The position numbers and the translations under genes were made by a program. Source: Podarcis tiliguerta (Eukaryota). From it: a stretch of DNA of 64,000 nt. Shown here piece after piece: positions 40,020 to 54,139 of this stretch (the first letter of the stretch is position 1; each line of letters starts with the position of its first letter). The notes under the pieces are model-generated. The model searched no databases and was not told the DNA's origin. It was given only the letters and a program-made list of their open reading frames with translations. The stretch lies in the NCBI GenBank assembly GCA_965153285.1, contig OZ229113.1. One strand, 5' to 3'.

Positions 40020-41191
40020 GTCCTTCCATACATACATGTTAACACTCAAAAGAATATCAACATATTAGTAATACGGGATAATTTGTTCTTCTGTTTGCGA
40101 ACCATTTAAAACGTGTCAAGCACATTTTAAAAGTACGTTTTACTTAAGCTAACTTCCAATCATGTAGTAAGTTACCTGGCTAAAATCTTCCCCTTTTAAA
40201 ATTACAAGTAATTTCATCTCTCTTTTAAGAATGTATGAATATCATTTATTTTCTTTATTAAATCTGGGGGGAAAGCCTTCCCAATTGGCTAACAACACAT
40301 TTTTTTAAAAAACAAAACATTAGATAACAAAATTCAGCAATGTCAAATAACTTTCCTACTGCTCTTTGTTAATATTTAAGAGCCAGGTAAAAATACTTCA
40401 AATAAAGCTCATCTAAAAGGCTTGGACAAATAAAAAGAACAAATGTCATATGGGTCTGGAAATTTATTGATATGGTTTTTTCACAAGTTCTTTTTCATCT
40501 TAGCTTGATATAATCCCCCCATTGCCTTCCCCAACAACAGTTATAATATGGGTTTTTCTCCAACCTCTGTCAAGATGAAGATAAACATTGAGTTTTTGTC
40601 CATTCACTCTATCCTCCTTTGTGCATTGTTATCCAGTGGTTCAAGTGGCTATTTGGTTGGTTTCTGGCTTTTGGTATAGAGTAGGCCTGCAATCTGTGCA
40701 CATTTAACTTGTGCACATTCAGCTTACAATAGCTCCCCAGTGTGCTTTGGGCTAGGGCAAATCAGCGCTGTAAACCTAGCTTTTGAGACTTCTCGCAGTT
40801 CTTCTCCTTGTCTTACAGCACCACCGTCTGAATCTAAGTGTTAATATATATCTGTAAAAACTGTGGTCTTGCTTTCCTTTTTCTCACTTGGCTCTTTTTA
40901 CTTCTGCGTGAAGGTGGATGAATCATTGGTTCCCATTAATCTGAAACTGGTTGTTTTGGCTTGCAGTGTGTGGGAATTGGGTAAGATGATTTTGCAGCAG
41001 CCCGTTATACATGGGTAGAATGTGCTTCACATTTTATTATTTAAAACACTGTTACACTGTCCTTCATTAAAAGGATTTGAGGGTGGCAATCATTGTACAA
41101 TTAAACTATATCCTTAAAGTGATAACTAAATCAAAAGCACCACTGAGGCATTATAGATCTTTTAAAATGACTAATAATCACAGCTTAATAT

Positions 41192-41260
41192 TGGAATCAT
41201 AGAATTATAGAGTGGGAAAAGGACCACAAGGCTGATCTAGTTCACCTCCCTGCAGTGCTA
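41192..41260 (-). mobile_element. CR1 3' tail fragment
   Basis: GAATCATAGAATTATAGAGTGGGAAAAGGACC..., similar to the 3' end of 34029-35102. Confidence 0.6.
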
Positions 41261-44200
41261 AAGAATCCATGATGATTCATCCCCAAAAACCTGAGCTGCA
41301 GATCTCATAGCAGAACTTGAAATCAGAGGCAGCTAGTAACAGAAAAGGTCTGCAGTGATGAACAAGCTTAGGCTCTCTCTCTGGGACCAGAGAGAGGGAA
41401 GTTCACCAAACTGCATAAAGGATATAAGGGACTGAAACACATGGCTTGTTTGCAATGTGTTATTTTGTTCTTTGGTTACTTTGTAACCAGTATTGTCATT
41501 GTTGGGGGTGTGGTGGGAATTTTTTTATCCTACTGAAAATATTTTATTTTTTTTATTTTGTCCCAACCCTCAGATATAAGCTCATCAGTTGATAACTGTG
41601 GTGCAGATAGGCTTAAGGGTTTAAGTCAAAAGTTGAACCTTCATGATACCAGAATCATGACTATCCTTTACCAATACTCCCTTCCGGAGATGCAAGTAGG
41701 AAAAAGTATGAATAGTCCCCATTCTGCCTTTTAAGAGACCTGACTATTCAAAAAGCTGCCTGGTTGAAAAATTCTTAAATTTACAAACTTCCTTAGCCAA
41801 ACACCATTGTATACAGTAAAAATTGTTAAATGAATTAGTGTGAGTACGCTTTAAATTTGTGTGATTATGCTTCATATTTTAAGGATTAACTATATAAGAA
41901 TAATAATTCTCTGCTTGAGCCTTCTTGGGACAACAGTTGGTGACAATACAACACTATTTGAACAACCGAACTCTTGCACTAGTGAATTACATTTTTAATA
42001 AATCAAGAAGCAAACTACAACTATTTTTTTTTACACCCAACCAACAGTAAACATAATGTGCATACAGTAGCATCCATTTATAGCAAGTACTTTTGCTGTC
42101 TTGAGTAATATGGCAAAAAACTTGTTTGCAGCAGCTAAAGCCTAAAAGAATAGAATACCTGCTCCCCATTAGGATGAGTTATAGATACTTTCATTGAATT
42201 ATGTTAAGTGGTAATCAAAAAACTTAATTTGAAATCATTGCTTGATTAAATTAGTTGCAATCCTTAGTTGTTGGCAATCACATTATTATTTTTATTTCAG
42301 AAGAGATTTATATATATATAAAAGTGCTGCAATATGTGTAGCTTGCACCTGTCTTTTAATATATTGTTGGAGAATTTTGACTCATCATTCAAAGGTTGCT
42401 AATTGTTTTGAGGTTCCATCCAGTTTAATGGTTTTAAACTACACTCCCAATATATGTGTAGCATGTGCTATAGGAACTTTGAAACAATATTCAGAATTCA
42501 GATATGCTTGTTACACTGGAGACAGTTTATCACACAACCCAACTGAGGAAATTAGTTTTAATCATTGTGCCTATTGGGTCTCTCTGGTGTAATTGTTCTA
42601 ATCTAGCAGAAGATGCTTCTGAACAAATTTCCAAAATTATAGCCCATCTATTTTCAAGCCCAGATTCAGGAGATTTTTTTCTCTCTTTTCATTATGGGAA
42701 TTTTGTTTCTATGAATAGGCCTGCATCTAGACTTAATATGAAATCTAGGTTTTATTGTCATTTCTGTGTGGTCATTTTTTCTACTATATTTTGGTATATT
42801 ATTGAAGGGTATAAGAATAGAAAGGAGTCATCCTCAATCTCTTGGTAGATCAGTGATTCCCTGCAACCAATATAGAAGCAGACCTTTTTCAGCACTAAAA
42901 TAAGGATATATATCTTAATTATGTTGCCAGTTCCTTTCCACATAAGCTTGCTGAGAGCATCATGCAGTGCCAAATGAACAGGGTATGAGTTTGTTTGTTT
43001 GTTTGTGTATTGCATGCATCATCAGGCTATCAGTCATGGCATCTTTTCCAGCCTAGTCACTAGAATAGTGCTGACTGAGACTTTGTGAGCTTTTGAGGAA
43101 TCCATGATTCTGATCCCAAAAGTTGGAAAAGTTCAGGGAGAGGATTCAAGAATTGCTGGTTTTTCAGCTGTGATGATAGAGTGAGGCTGCATCCCTTCTC
43201 TTCCTCCCTCTGCTGCAGCCTGATGTAATGTCTGCTGCCAGATGACAGCTTCTCAGCAGAGCTGATGGTAGCCCTGCACTTCTGTCTTTTCACTCCTCTA
43301 TCACAGTCTGATGTAATGGCTTCTGTGAGGTATATGGATCACCCTTCCATTGGGCACTAGCAAAATGACCTGCTGAAACGACCTCAAATGCTTACTGCAT
43401 GAAATTACTGCAGCTAAAGTCAGGTTCATGATAAGAATGCAGAATCTAGAAATGTTGAGTTGTGAGCCACTTGGGAGTTGGAAACTCGCATGAAGTAAAC
43501 AGGTGGTGCTCATCCACTGTTTGTTGTTGTTGCTTATTGTAGATTTTCGATAAATGGATTATAATACAGCAGAGGTGAGGGGAAGATGGGAAGGAAACAA
43601 GAAGACAAGCAAATTCAGGAACTAATACTTGTTAAAGTTATATGGCCATTGAAGGAGACAGTTTGAGAAGGGGAAGAGCCAAATGAGACTTCATCTAAGC
43701 AGGTCTTCAGCTCTACTGCAGCCAAATGGAATGACTGTTAATGGATTAGTTGGACATGCTTTTTGGGGAAACTATCTTTTTTTCTCCAAGGAAGTATAAG
43801 AAATGGTCTACATTGTCAGCATTCAAGGTGATGCTGAAGGTAATGAGATCCTTTGGCATCCAGTGATGTCATTTCATATTTCAAGAACTGGAAACTGGCC
43901 ACTGCCAGCTGCAGTGGTATAATTGAACCCTTACTGGTACATTAAGGCAATGTTAAAAAGAAGTCAAGAATGCTATGGCCAAATGTGCCATGATGATTGA
44001 CTAATGGATAGCAATGAATCTTCATCACGTGAACCAGCGGTGTCAACCTACCTTTGTATTTTTGTGTAGTAGGCCTCAAATTAAAAAAAATTAGACCCCT
44101 TAACCTTACTGGGGGACAAGTGCTCAACAACTTTGCTTTTAAGAGCCGTAATAAAACTGTACCATAATGGCTATGTTTGCTTATCTTTTTCAAAACTAAT

Positions 44201-44939
44201 GAATTCAGGAGAAGGTTGGTTCCTTGGGCTGAAACTTTATATGCATGAGTGTGGCCTGAAGAGAACTTACTTGCTCTTAAACCCCCTTGATTATAGGTTA
44301 TAGGGTTGTAATTGAAATCTAGTCAGATGTAAATGTAACAGTGCCACTGGCAATATAATGCAGACTGTGGCATCTTTTGAAGAACTTTTAAAGTCCTGTT
44401 CAAAGGCTTGCAAAATAAATTACTTTATAGTTTAAATAGAATATGTAATGACATCCCTTGAGTACCAGATTTCCTTCTTCATTTGTTATCTTCAGTTCCA
44501 AGATAAAGATTACCTCCCAATTAAGGCATTCCTTTTCTTCCACAAATATGTTCCAAACACGTAATTGTGCATTGCAGCCCGCAATAGTGTGTTTTGAAAA
44601 TATGAGGGTTTGCCTTCTATAGCAGTGTGAATGTGAATTTATAATCTTGTTGCCATGTATTTAAGGTTAGAGGTTATGTGGCACCCTGATTTGGGTGGCC
44701 TGGCTGTGACCTTAAGTCAGAAGTTATTAGTTTTGCCTGTCAGAAAAGGCTTACGTGATGTTCAAGATGAATTTCTTATGGCCAAGAGTTCAAGACTCTA
44801 TTGTATTGTCTTTTATTCTTGCCAACGTGTTCACCAATAGGAGCGCTGTCTTTTCCCTCCAAGAATGCAACATAATTTGTAATTACGCCCCATTCTGACA
44901 TCATGCCACTAATATTGTGGTTTTTTTTTCTTTCCTCAG

Positions 44940-45158
44940 ATACTGAACGTCTTTATACTATTGTGTTCCAAGAAATCTGCAACCGCTTTGGAAAAACCTA
45001 TACCTGGGATGTAAAATCCTTAGCAATGGGTAAAAAGACACTGGAGGGATTAACGATCATGCGAGATGCCCTGGACCTTCCGATAACCATAGAAGAACTA
45101 CTGCATGAAAGTAAAACGAAGCAAGAAAAAGTGTTCCCCACAGCTGCATTGATGCCAG
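44940..45158 (+). CDS. PUDP: PUDP exon 2 (219 nt)
   Basis: Polypyrimidine acceptor TTTTTTTTTCTTTCCTCAG; (D)[32 protein letters not shown]...VFPTAALMP(G); donor G|GTTGTA. Phase 1-1, joins exon 1 in frame. Confidence 0.97.
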
Positions 45159-47735
45159 GTTGTATTTCCTCTAATCAAATGTGTGTATATCCAATTAAAT
45201 CTTGCAGTTTGAATTTGAATAGTTACATTCACAAAATGCTTTTCTCTGGTGCCTGGTTGTTTCCTCATCACCTTGGAAGATTGAACGTTTTTTTTTTATT
45301 TCTCAAAAAACCCACTGAGGTGTCTTCTAAGAATAAATATGATGCACTTTTCAGCAATGCCATCTGTCTCTTGCATAGGGGAGGGAGAGAACATGTGATA
45401 TTGTTCTACTTGACAGCTCTGAATGCGTGTATGGTTAGTTGCCGTGTGTTTTTAAGCTGTTGATAGCTGTTTTCACAGGCCTCTCCACACCTTCTGTAGT
45501 GTCCCATGGATGCCCAAAAACAAAGTTCCACTACCCTCTACCTATTAAAGGGAATACTGTCTTTAGGATGTGTGTCTGTGTTCATTTTCCACATTGTCAG
45601 GCATGATACCCCGTCAAGTGATTTGGCATGTGCATTGGGAGGGGTGACTATTGTTGTACTGCTGGATCACTCTTACTCACAAAGGAATCTGGGGTGGAGG
45701 GTGGGAGGGACCTGCAAAATAGGAAACAGCGCAATAAAAGCATTCTAAAAACTTTTAACAACATGTTTTACATTCTCACAATTTATAATCTCAAAGTTAC
45801 CAGGAACGGTGTCTCTTTCAGCCACCAAATGCCTGGGTGAAAAATAATGTTTTTAAATTTGCCCTGAATGTTAACATTGAGGGGTGCAGCTCACCACAAA
45901 TGGGAAACCACCAATGAGAAAGTCCTTTTAAGGGTCAGTGCCAACCGGGCAGAATACAGCGGTAACACAACAAATGTTGGCTGGGTTTTTCGGAAGCAAC
46001 AAGAGTGTCATTCATGCTTTCTTAAAAACATAGCACAAACTTGGGGGGGAAAGAACTTCAGAGAAGGAGAGTGTCTATTCTCTCTCTTTGTGCTGGGCAT
46101 TGGAGAAGACAAGTGGTGTAAGTCCTCTTGCCCCTGGCTTCTGTCTCCTGCCATAATATGAGAGACCTGAGCTTTCCTTGCACAAGCTCTCTGCTTATGC
46201 CAGAAGACTTGGAAGAAGGAAGGCATCAGTAGTGAGTAAAAAGAATGCCACAGCTAGTATGCGATACTCAAGTTTTTACACCTTTGAATCCACACTGTGC
46301 ATTAATTAGGGGTTGAATAGCTATATTAAGCAAATAAACTACTGCTCTTTCATTAAAAAATCAATTTATATATAAAATGGATGCAGATATATTAAGTGTA
46401 TGTTAAGAAAGTTGATGGAATGGGAGCTGCTTCTGTTCTCCCTTTCTGCATGTTTTCCAGTTCATGAAAATGTCTGCATTTGTTTCACTCAGATGTTTCC
46501 CCATTCAGCTATGCACTCACATGCATAATCACATGGACAAAAATAGGCCATATAGCCTGTTTGTGGATTGACCCCTACATACAAATAATTAACTCTTGTC
46601 ATATCCAAGAGCCACTCTTCATTACAGAAGAATTGGGAAATCAACAGTATAGAGCATTTATTCATCTTAATTCCCCATTTATGCAAAGTTTCTACAAGCC
46701 AGTGCTATGGCCATTCCTTGCCTTCACTTAAAGAGTCATGCATAATAAAGTAATGCTTTTTGAAAGGTGCAAAAAAGACAATATGCAATAATATCCCTGT
46801 ATTTGACTTTTTAATGGGAGTTTGTGATGACAATGACGATAATAATAGCAGAAAATACAGAATTTCTGGAATGGTTATTTAAGGCCATTGCACATTCCAA
46901 ATAGTTTTAAGCTTATTTTACTTTGGTGATGGGAAACCAATATGTAACTCAGCACCTACTAGTCTGCCTCTCTCCAAAATGATGGAAACCTATGTCCCCC
47001 CCTCACAGCTTGAACCTATAATTGTTCTATAAAGTGGTGTTTGGCAAACTACGGGATATAGCAGAGAGCTATACCACAATACTGCCATCATTTCCATGTT
47101 TTCTGTTGCTGCTGTTTATTGTGTTCTTCTTCCTAAGCTAGTTAAAAAGACAATTGCTGCTTACTGGATTTTCCACTGGGAATAATGCTTTAATTTATAT
47201 TGCTTGTTGAAATGTGAGTAACTTTCCAAATGGATGTGTTAATGATTTTCCAAGAACTGCTTTGTTCTACTTTGTCACACATTAAAAAAATGGTGGCTCT
47301 CTGCTTTGAGCCTGCAGTTCTAGGGATTTGCATAGAATTGTTGTAGATGAAGACTTTTATTTTTTATTTTTTACTTTAAAAGAAACAGAAGAAATAGATA
47401 ATTGATTGCGTTCCTGTTGAGAATCCATCTCTGGTACATCTGTTTCTATTTAAGACCAAAACATAACAGATTCTACAGTTTTTACATTTTCTGTTATACT
47501 GATGTCTAAATCCCTGGGAGCTATTGCACCACCAAGACACAGTTTTTAATCATCTGTCTTAAGCAGCAGAAAATGACTAAGTGCCTCTTACACGATATTC
47601 TCTAGATTGCTAATTTTAGCCTAGCAGCCCTATCTGATAGGAAATGCAGAGAGACAGAGACAGACAGAGAAAGTAAGTCTGATTGGTCAACAAGTAAGAA
47701 CATGATGGAAGTTCAATGTCCCCATATTTTGTATA

Positions 47736-48084
47736 AAAAGGTAAAGGGACCCCTGACCATTAGGTCCAGTCGTGACTGACTCTGGGGTTGCGGCACTCAT
47801 CTCGCTTTATTGGCCGAGGGAGCCGGCATACAGCTTCCGGGTCCTGTGGCTAGCATGACTAAGCCGCTTCTGGCGAACCAGAGCAGCGCATGGAAACGCC
47901 GTTTACCTTCCCGCGGGAGCGGTACCTTTTTATCTACTTGCACTTTGACATGCTTTTGAACTGCTAGGTTGGCAGGAGCAGGGACAGAGCAATGGGAGCT
48001 CACCCAGTCGCGGGGATTCGAACCGCCAACCTGATCAGCAAGTCCTAGGCTCTGTGGTTTAACTCACAGCGCCACCCGCGTCCC
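47736..48084 (-). mobile_element. Sauria SINE, full length (second subfamily)
   Basis: Same head and core as 25458-25820 but a different 3' region; perfect TSD CATATTTTGTATA (47723-47735, 48085-48097). Confidence 0.93.
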
Positions 48085-48424
48085 CATATTTTGTATAGGC
48101 ATTCCTATATAGATATTGTTATTGAACTTATATCCTTCCCTTCCAAAGGAGCCCAGGGCAGCAAACACATCCATGTTTTTGTTTTTTAAAAACTTAATAA
48201 AACAGTTAACAGTTTTAAAATCCTTTCATACAGTGTTGCCAGGAAGAGCATTATTCAGCCACCAAATGCCTGAGTATTTGTCCTGAAATTGATAATGTTG
48301 GAGACATATGCACATCACTAGGGAGTGCATGCAGCCCCCACCGAAAAGACCCTGTCATGGGTCAGCACCAACTGCACAGCGCCTGGTACCACATTATCTT
48401 AACTTAATGTCTGGTCAAAAATTG

Positions 48425-48532
48425 TGCTAGAGACTAGCTTTTAATATGTTAAAGGGTTTGAATACCCTTTAAAGACTGCTAGAGACTTGCTTTAAATATG
48501 TTAAAGGATTTGAATACCCTTTGAGGACTGCT
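48425..48532. repeat. 52-bp tandem duplication
   Basis: TGCTAGAGACTAGCTTTTAATATGTTAAAGGGTTTGAATACCCTTTAAAGAC repeated with a few mismatches. Confidence 0.9.
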
Positions 48533-49272
48533 TGCTCAGCCCAGTTGAATCATAAGTAAAGCTAGTAAATTGTGTGTTTTTAAGTGTTGGAAACAAATTA
48601 CTCCTCTCAATATTATCTCCACTACTGTTTCTCTAGCTGAAAAAATAGACCCTTTACCAAAGTCAGTGCAATGCTGAATATGCCTGTAAGCAAAGTTTCA
48701 TAGTGATGTTTGCTGTAGCTGGCAGAATCTGAACATTAGAAAAATTAAGCATCAAATGTTAATGCTATAGTGGCAGGATTTGGGGTCATCTGGTGGACTG
48801 AAAATACATGACTTGTACACATCTTATGCTCCATGCAATTCAAAGGTGTAAATGTGAGATATAATAAAGGGAAAATATGTGTAAACGAGTATTGTTAACA
48901 TAACATCAGCTTGTAGAAATTGTTTTAGATCTTTCAGAATATGGACTTTAAAGGTGTGCCAAATCTACTTTGTTTTTCACTGAAACTTGGAGATCCCCCA
49001 ACCAGACCCTTGTGCAAACAATATCCCTTTAAAGAAGAGGCATTATTGTAGCTCTAGTACTCTAAGGAGATGGGGTACGGTCTGGGAAGAGTCCAAAGGG
49101 CCAATAGCAGGAGTCTGGGGTATTGCATTTGTGATCCTAAAATCTGAGATACCCACCCCTTCTAGTTATAGTGTGGGATGTGATGCTAGTTTCATAGCCG
49201 CTTCCACTGATGCTCCAAACTGATAAAGTATAGAGCAAGCTATTCTCTTAGCTCATGTTAATCAGAAATCAG

Positions 49273-49590
49273 CAGGGCCAGATTTAGGTTTGATGAGGCC
49301 CTAAGCTACTAAAGGTAATAGGGCCCTTTATATGTCCAGCTGTCCTTTGTCAACAGAAAATTGTCGCTGTTTTTTTTTTGTGTTGAATATATGCTATATG
49401 GTAATTTATGGACCACCTTATAGGTATCTAAATGCCATTTGCACATAACAAAATATGTATGTTATCAAAGTAATTGCTGAACTGAAATGCAATTAAGAAG
49501 AAGTATATTAATATTAAATTTGGGGGGGGCACCCAAAAGAGTGGGGCACTAAGCTATAGCTTGTCCAGCTTATACATAAATCTGGCACTG
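49273..49590. mobile_element. hAT-type MITE
   Basis: TIR CAGGGCCAGATTTA / TAAATCTGGCACTG; TSD GAAATCAG / GACATCAG. Confidence 0.85.
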
Positions 49591-51874
49591 GACATCAGAA
49601 TTGCTTTTGTAAAAACAAAACAAAACCAGCTTTCCTTCTTTAAAAAACCGACTGTGTCCGTCCCCACCCCCCTGCAGTGAAATTTAAATTTAATGGAAAC
49701 ATGTTGAAGTCTATTTTGAATCATTGACACATTATAAACGAAAGTTGGTCAAAACCAGGTTTTTTAAGAAAATGAAAGAGAAACCTGGAAGATCCATGTA
49801 AATAGATGAGGTCTGCAATATAATCAGTTTTGATTATTTGTGACTGCTAAGCAAACAAGGCAGCTATTGATTGTTGATCTCATGTTATGCCCAATAACTA
49901 CAAGCCCTTTCTAGAAATCTCTTGGCATTTCAGAATTCAGCTGACCCGATTACCCAAATAGTGCAAAAAGTACATGGGGCCATATGATTAACGTTCTGCA
50001 TTATGTTCCTAGGTAGTATACAGGATATATTTAGTTGCATACCAATATTCTAAAATTGCTACAGGAGCTAATTAGTATCCATACTTGGTTGAAAAATAAT
50101 ATTGTGGGAAACTTGACTGGAATCATTTATTTAAAAGGGCATTATTTAAATCAACCCACCCTGGCATTAATCAGTTATGTTTTATCCCCAACAGCTTCAC
50201 AGATACCACAGTATTTGAGAATACCTTAAATGTTTAACACAGACCCGCTTGACAAGAAAAAAGGTGGAAGGGTTTAAATAAATTCTAAGTGATGTGCAGA
50301 CTGCATCATTTTTCATGTATGTATCCTGAGGCTTTATGTAGTAATTCTTTTATCCTTTCACCTGGGTTTGTGAAGTCCCAAGTGGAAAGACAGGTAAACA
50401 TTTGCTAAACTATTGCTGTTTTGAATAAAAGTGATAGTTTTTCTTTCAAAATAACGGTTGGCAAGGAAGTTTAATGACCTCTGTAAAGTGTCACTGCATT
50501 AATTATAGTCTGCAGAGAGGGTGAAATGCCTCCTAAACATTCCCCTCCTCCTTTTTAAACAAAAGGGACCTGGATTTTCTACTGTCAAGACATGCAATTG
50601 GATTTAAACTTATCTTGCTGTTTTGGAGGGCCCCAGAAAGCATACTGATATGCATTGCAACATTAAAAACAAGGACAGACCAGTTGCTAGAAAAAAGCTT
50701 ATAATACTAGCATTTCAATAAATTTATATGTCATATTGTTGAGTAGAAGTGGTATATGAATGTGCTGGCTGGTTGACAGACATAATGTATGAAGCAGTGA
50801 GTGATTGTGCTAAAGTAGTGGTGAATGAAATTGCGTGAGTGGTTTGGCGAAAAGTTGGTTTGTTGGAATTTTACATTTTGTTGCTGTGTAAAGCTCTTCG
50901 ACCTTATAGTGAAGCTGTGTTTAAGTATACGGTTATATTTCAGTTTTTATGTGAATAATTTGACACGGTTTTTATTGTATGTACTGTGTTTATATATGTA
51001 TTTTATCAATTGCGAACTGCTTCAAGATTTTCAGGTATCAAGCTGTCTGTATATGGAAATAATACATAAATGAATACACATTTTTTGTGCATGCTTTGCA
51101 GTGTAATGCTGTGCATTCCATATCAAAAGAAAGCCCCATTGAATTGAGGAGCCCCATATGTATCCTTAATATCAGAGGATAAATGCAAATACATTGTGGA
51201 AAGCAAAATATGTAAATAAGAGAATCATTCTCACCAAAATAATTGATGCTACTTGAGTTTCTAGGAGACTAGAAAGAGCAGAACACCAGGGGGAAAATAA
51301 AGCCACAAGAAAAAGTTTAATTTGAGTTATTTTATGTATTTTTCAGAGCTGTCAAATGGAAAATGCTGAATTATTCCTTTCTGAAAGCTTCTATTGTCCC
51401 ATGAGAAATACTTCAATTCTGTCAGGATTTTTTAAAAAAATACATCTGTGTTCAGAGTTCTAAATTTGGCATGTGACTAATTATTGTTTAAAGTTCTTGA
51501 GGTTTATATATTTTGATCCTTTCAGCTTTATTAACTACATCAGACCTACTAAATATGCATTACATCCCTTCCTTTTATTTGTTTTTTTTTTTTTTGGCCA
51601 GAAGTTCATGTATTACAACACAGTTCCTCTTAGTCTACAGATGTCTTCTCTGCATACTATCTTGATTTTATGTAGTATGATGCACTTTGTGGTTTCTATA
51701 CACCTGCAGGGATGTGCAGTAGAAAACTTTCCTTTTTTACTTTCCTCTTTCATATTCAAAATTGTTTTTGCTATTTCTTTTTTTTCATAAAAAAATCCAT
51801 CACCTTTTTAAAAAAGTTCAGATTCATTTCATTTGTACTGTGTATTTCTACTTGCTAAACAGAAGCTTAAACAA

Positions 51875-51914
51875 CTTGTAGGGATGAAGGTTTCTTGTAG
51901 GGATGAAGGTTTCT
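51875..51914. repeat. 19-bp perfect tandem duplication
   Basis: CTTGTAGGGATGAAGGTTT x2. Confidence 0.9.
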
Positions 51915-52291
51915 GTTGCTTTAAAGGTCCTTGGGGGCATTTGCTCCACCAATTTTTGGGCTACAAACTCCCTCCCCCTGTGCAAGTTTATTGAGACAGA
52001 CTCTCCATTGACTTAGACAGGGATTAACAGATGTATGACAAATGCAGCTCACCACCAAGGATGTTTTAGGGCAACAGGATTCTTTCGAGGGGGCGCCTTT
52101 TTCCACCACTAGCAGCCCTGGGGACTACAGAATTTTTTTTTAAAGCCTATGCAAGACTAGAGAGATGGAACTTCTATGGACAAGGACTAAAATAGATGGG
52201 TGATGGGTGGTGCAGCCAGTGAGGATGTAACGTCAGTGGCAGAAGATGCAGCCACATGTTCCCCCTCACACAGTTAAAATCCACACAAGGT

Positions 52292-52626
52292 TGTTGTCGT
52301 TTAGTTGTGTCTGACTCTTTGTGACCCCATGGACCAGAGCACACCAGGCACTCCTGTCTTCCACTGCCTCCCGCAGTTTGGTCAAACTCATGTTAGTAGC
52401 TTCGAGAACACTGTCCAACCATCTCGTCCTCTGTCATCCCCTTCTCCTTGTCCTCTCAATCTTTCCCAATATCAGGGTCTTTTCCAGGGAGTCTTCTCTT
52501 ATTATGAGGTGGCCAAAGTACTGGAGCCTCAGCTTCATGATCTGTTCTTCCAGTGAGCACTCAGGGCTGATTTCCTTCAGAATGGATAGGTTTGATCTTC
52601 TTGCAGTCTGTGGGACTCTCAAGAGT
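52292..52626 (-). mobile_element. RTE-BovB 3' fragment
   Basis: Homologous to 38890-39227 (ARRSNLSILKEISPECSLE...KLRLQYFGHL); flanked by CCACACAAGGT direct repeats. Confidence 0.93.
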
Positions 52627-52851
52627 TATACAAAGTTATATAGGAGGCAGCAACGAAAATCATCCCACACAAGGTACAAACACCCAAATAGCTCTATTAT
52701 CAACCATTAGTCTTTTGATGAAGCAGGAAAGGGAACTAACTAAATCAAGTTCAGAAGGTGGGATAAACAACTCCAGTAAATCTAGCTCCTCTGATTTTGC
52801 TCGAACAAGTGTATTTTAACACTTTCATATATATTTTTTTCTGTTTCACAG

Positions 52852-53081
52852 GTGTTGAAAAACTAATCCGCCATCTACATCAACACAACATACCCATAGC
52901 TGTTGCCACCAGCTCATCTCGGGTGACATTTGAAATGAAAACAAGTCGACACAAAGACTTCTTTAATTTATTTCATCATATTGTGTTGGGAGATGACCCT
53001 GAAGTGAAGGCTGGCAAGCCAGAGCCTGATGTGTTTTTAGTCTGTGCAAAGAGATTTAACCCTCCTCCGCCTCCAGAAAAG
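52852..53081 (+). CDS. PUDP: PUDP exon 3 (230 nt)
   Basis: Acceptor TTTTTTTCTGTTTCACAG; (G)[21 protein letters not shown]...[31 protein letters not shown] with HAD motifs II (ATSS) and III (GKP); donor AAG|GTAGGA. Confidence 0.97.
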
Positions 53082-54016
53082 GTAGGAATAATCACAGTAA
53101 TAAAAGTGGCAGTGTATTATCCCAGGTCATGCTTTGATTTTCATTCTTTATATAATATAGTAAGTTCTATGTGAGATTTGATAGCAACTATAAAAAAAAC
53201 CAAGTGGGAAAGTATTGGCAAAGGTTCTATTTCTTCATTGTGTATAATGGTTTGCAATGCAAATGTGTATCGATTTGTTGCTGTGTGCTACAAATGAACA
53301 GGAGTGTTTTAAGTGTGTCCAATATATTTATAAATCTGGGTGCTAACTGTTTGGACACCGAGTTTTCCATCTGCAACATTTGAGCTCCTGTGTATGAGTG
53401 CAAGCAACCTCTTCTAAATGTTCAGAATAGGACATTTTGTAACACGTTTCATGATGTTTTTGTTTTGAGTGCTGAACGTGACATTATTTCTATATGTCCT
53501 GTATCTGAAACAGAGTAAAGACATTTGCCTCCTGAGCCCAGCAGTAAAGAAGCAAAATGCAAAATTGGGTTTTCAACTGGGCAACAACTTCATTAGCTGT
53601 AACTTTTTAAAGTATTTGTGATGGATTAAATGATAGATACTAAATTTCTGTTCTACAGTGTAGGTTTCAGTTGGCTGAAGGCAATATGGTGCTCTCAACA
53701 TGGTGGACTCAAAAATCTAATCAGCCCCTTACCAGCAGGGCCAGTAGTCAGGGATTTTTTTTTGGGGGGGGGGGGGTTAATACAGCAGTATCTAGAGGGC
53801 CCCAGGCTGGCTATCACTAATTCAAGACGTTGAACCAAGTCTCCTCACCCCTTTCTAGGCAAGTGTTGTCCCTGGTTTGGGGCTTCTTACTTACAGTTGG
53901 AACAAGGGAGCCCTATGCATGTCTACCCTGCCCCACAGTGCTTGAAACAGTATGAAGCTTAAGTCTAAAACTCATTTTACTTATTTATATAATCCCTTGA
54001 ATAGATTGCATTAGAC

Positions 54017-54139
54017 TAGGGTTTCCCCAAACTTGGATCTCCATTTGTTTTTGGACCACAAGTCCCACCATCCCTAGCTAGCAGAACCAGTGGTTAGGGA
54101 TGATGAGAACAGCTGGAGACCCAAGTTTAGGAAACTCTG
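54017..54139. mobile_element. Short hAT-type MITE
   Basis: Imperfect TIRs (GTTTCCCCAAACTTGG / CCAAGTTTAGGAAAC); perfect TSD CATTAGAC. Confidence 0.85.

Noticed and set aside
44903-45463. 186-aa ORF as a stand-alone gene
   Set aside because: Only 44940-45158 is PUDP-like and bounded by splice sites; the rest is intron read-through. The same applies to 52797-53174 and 612-869.
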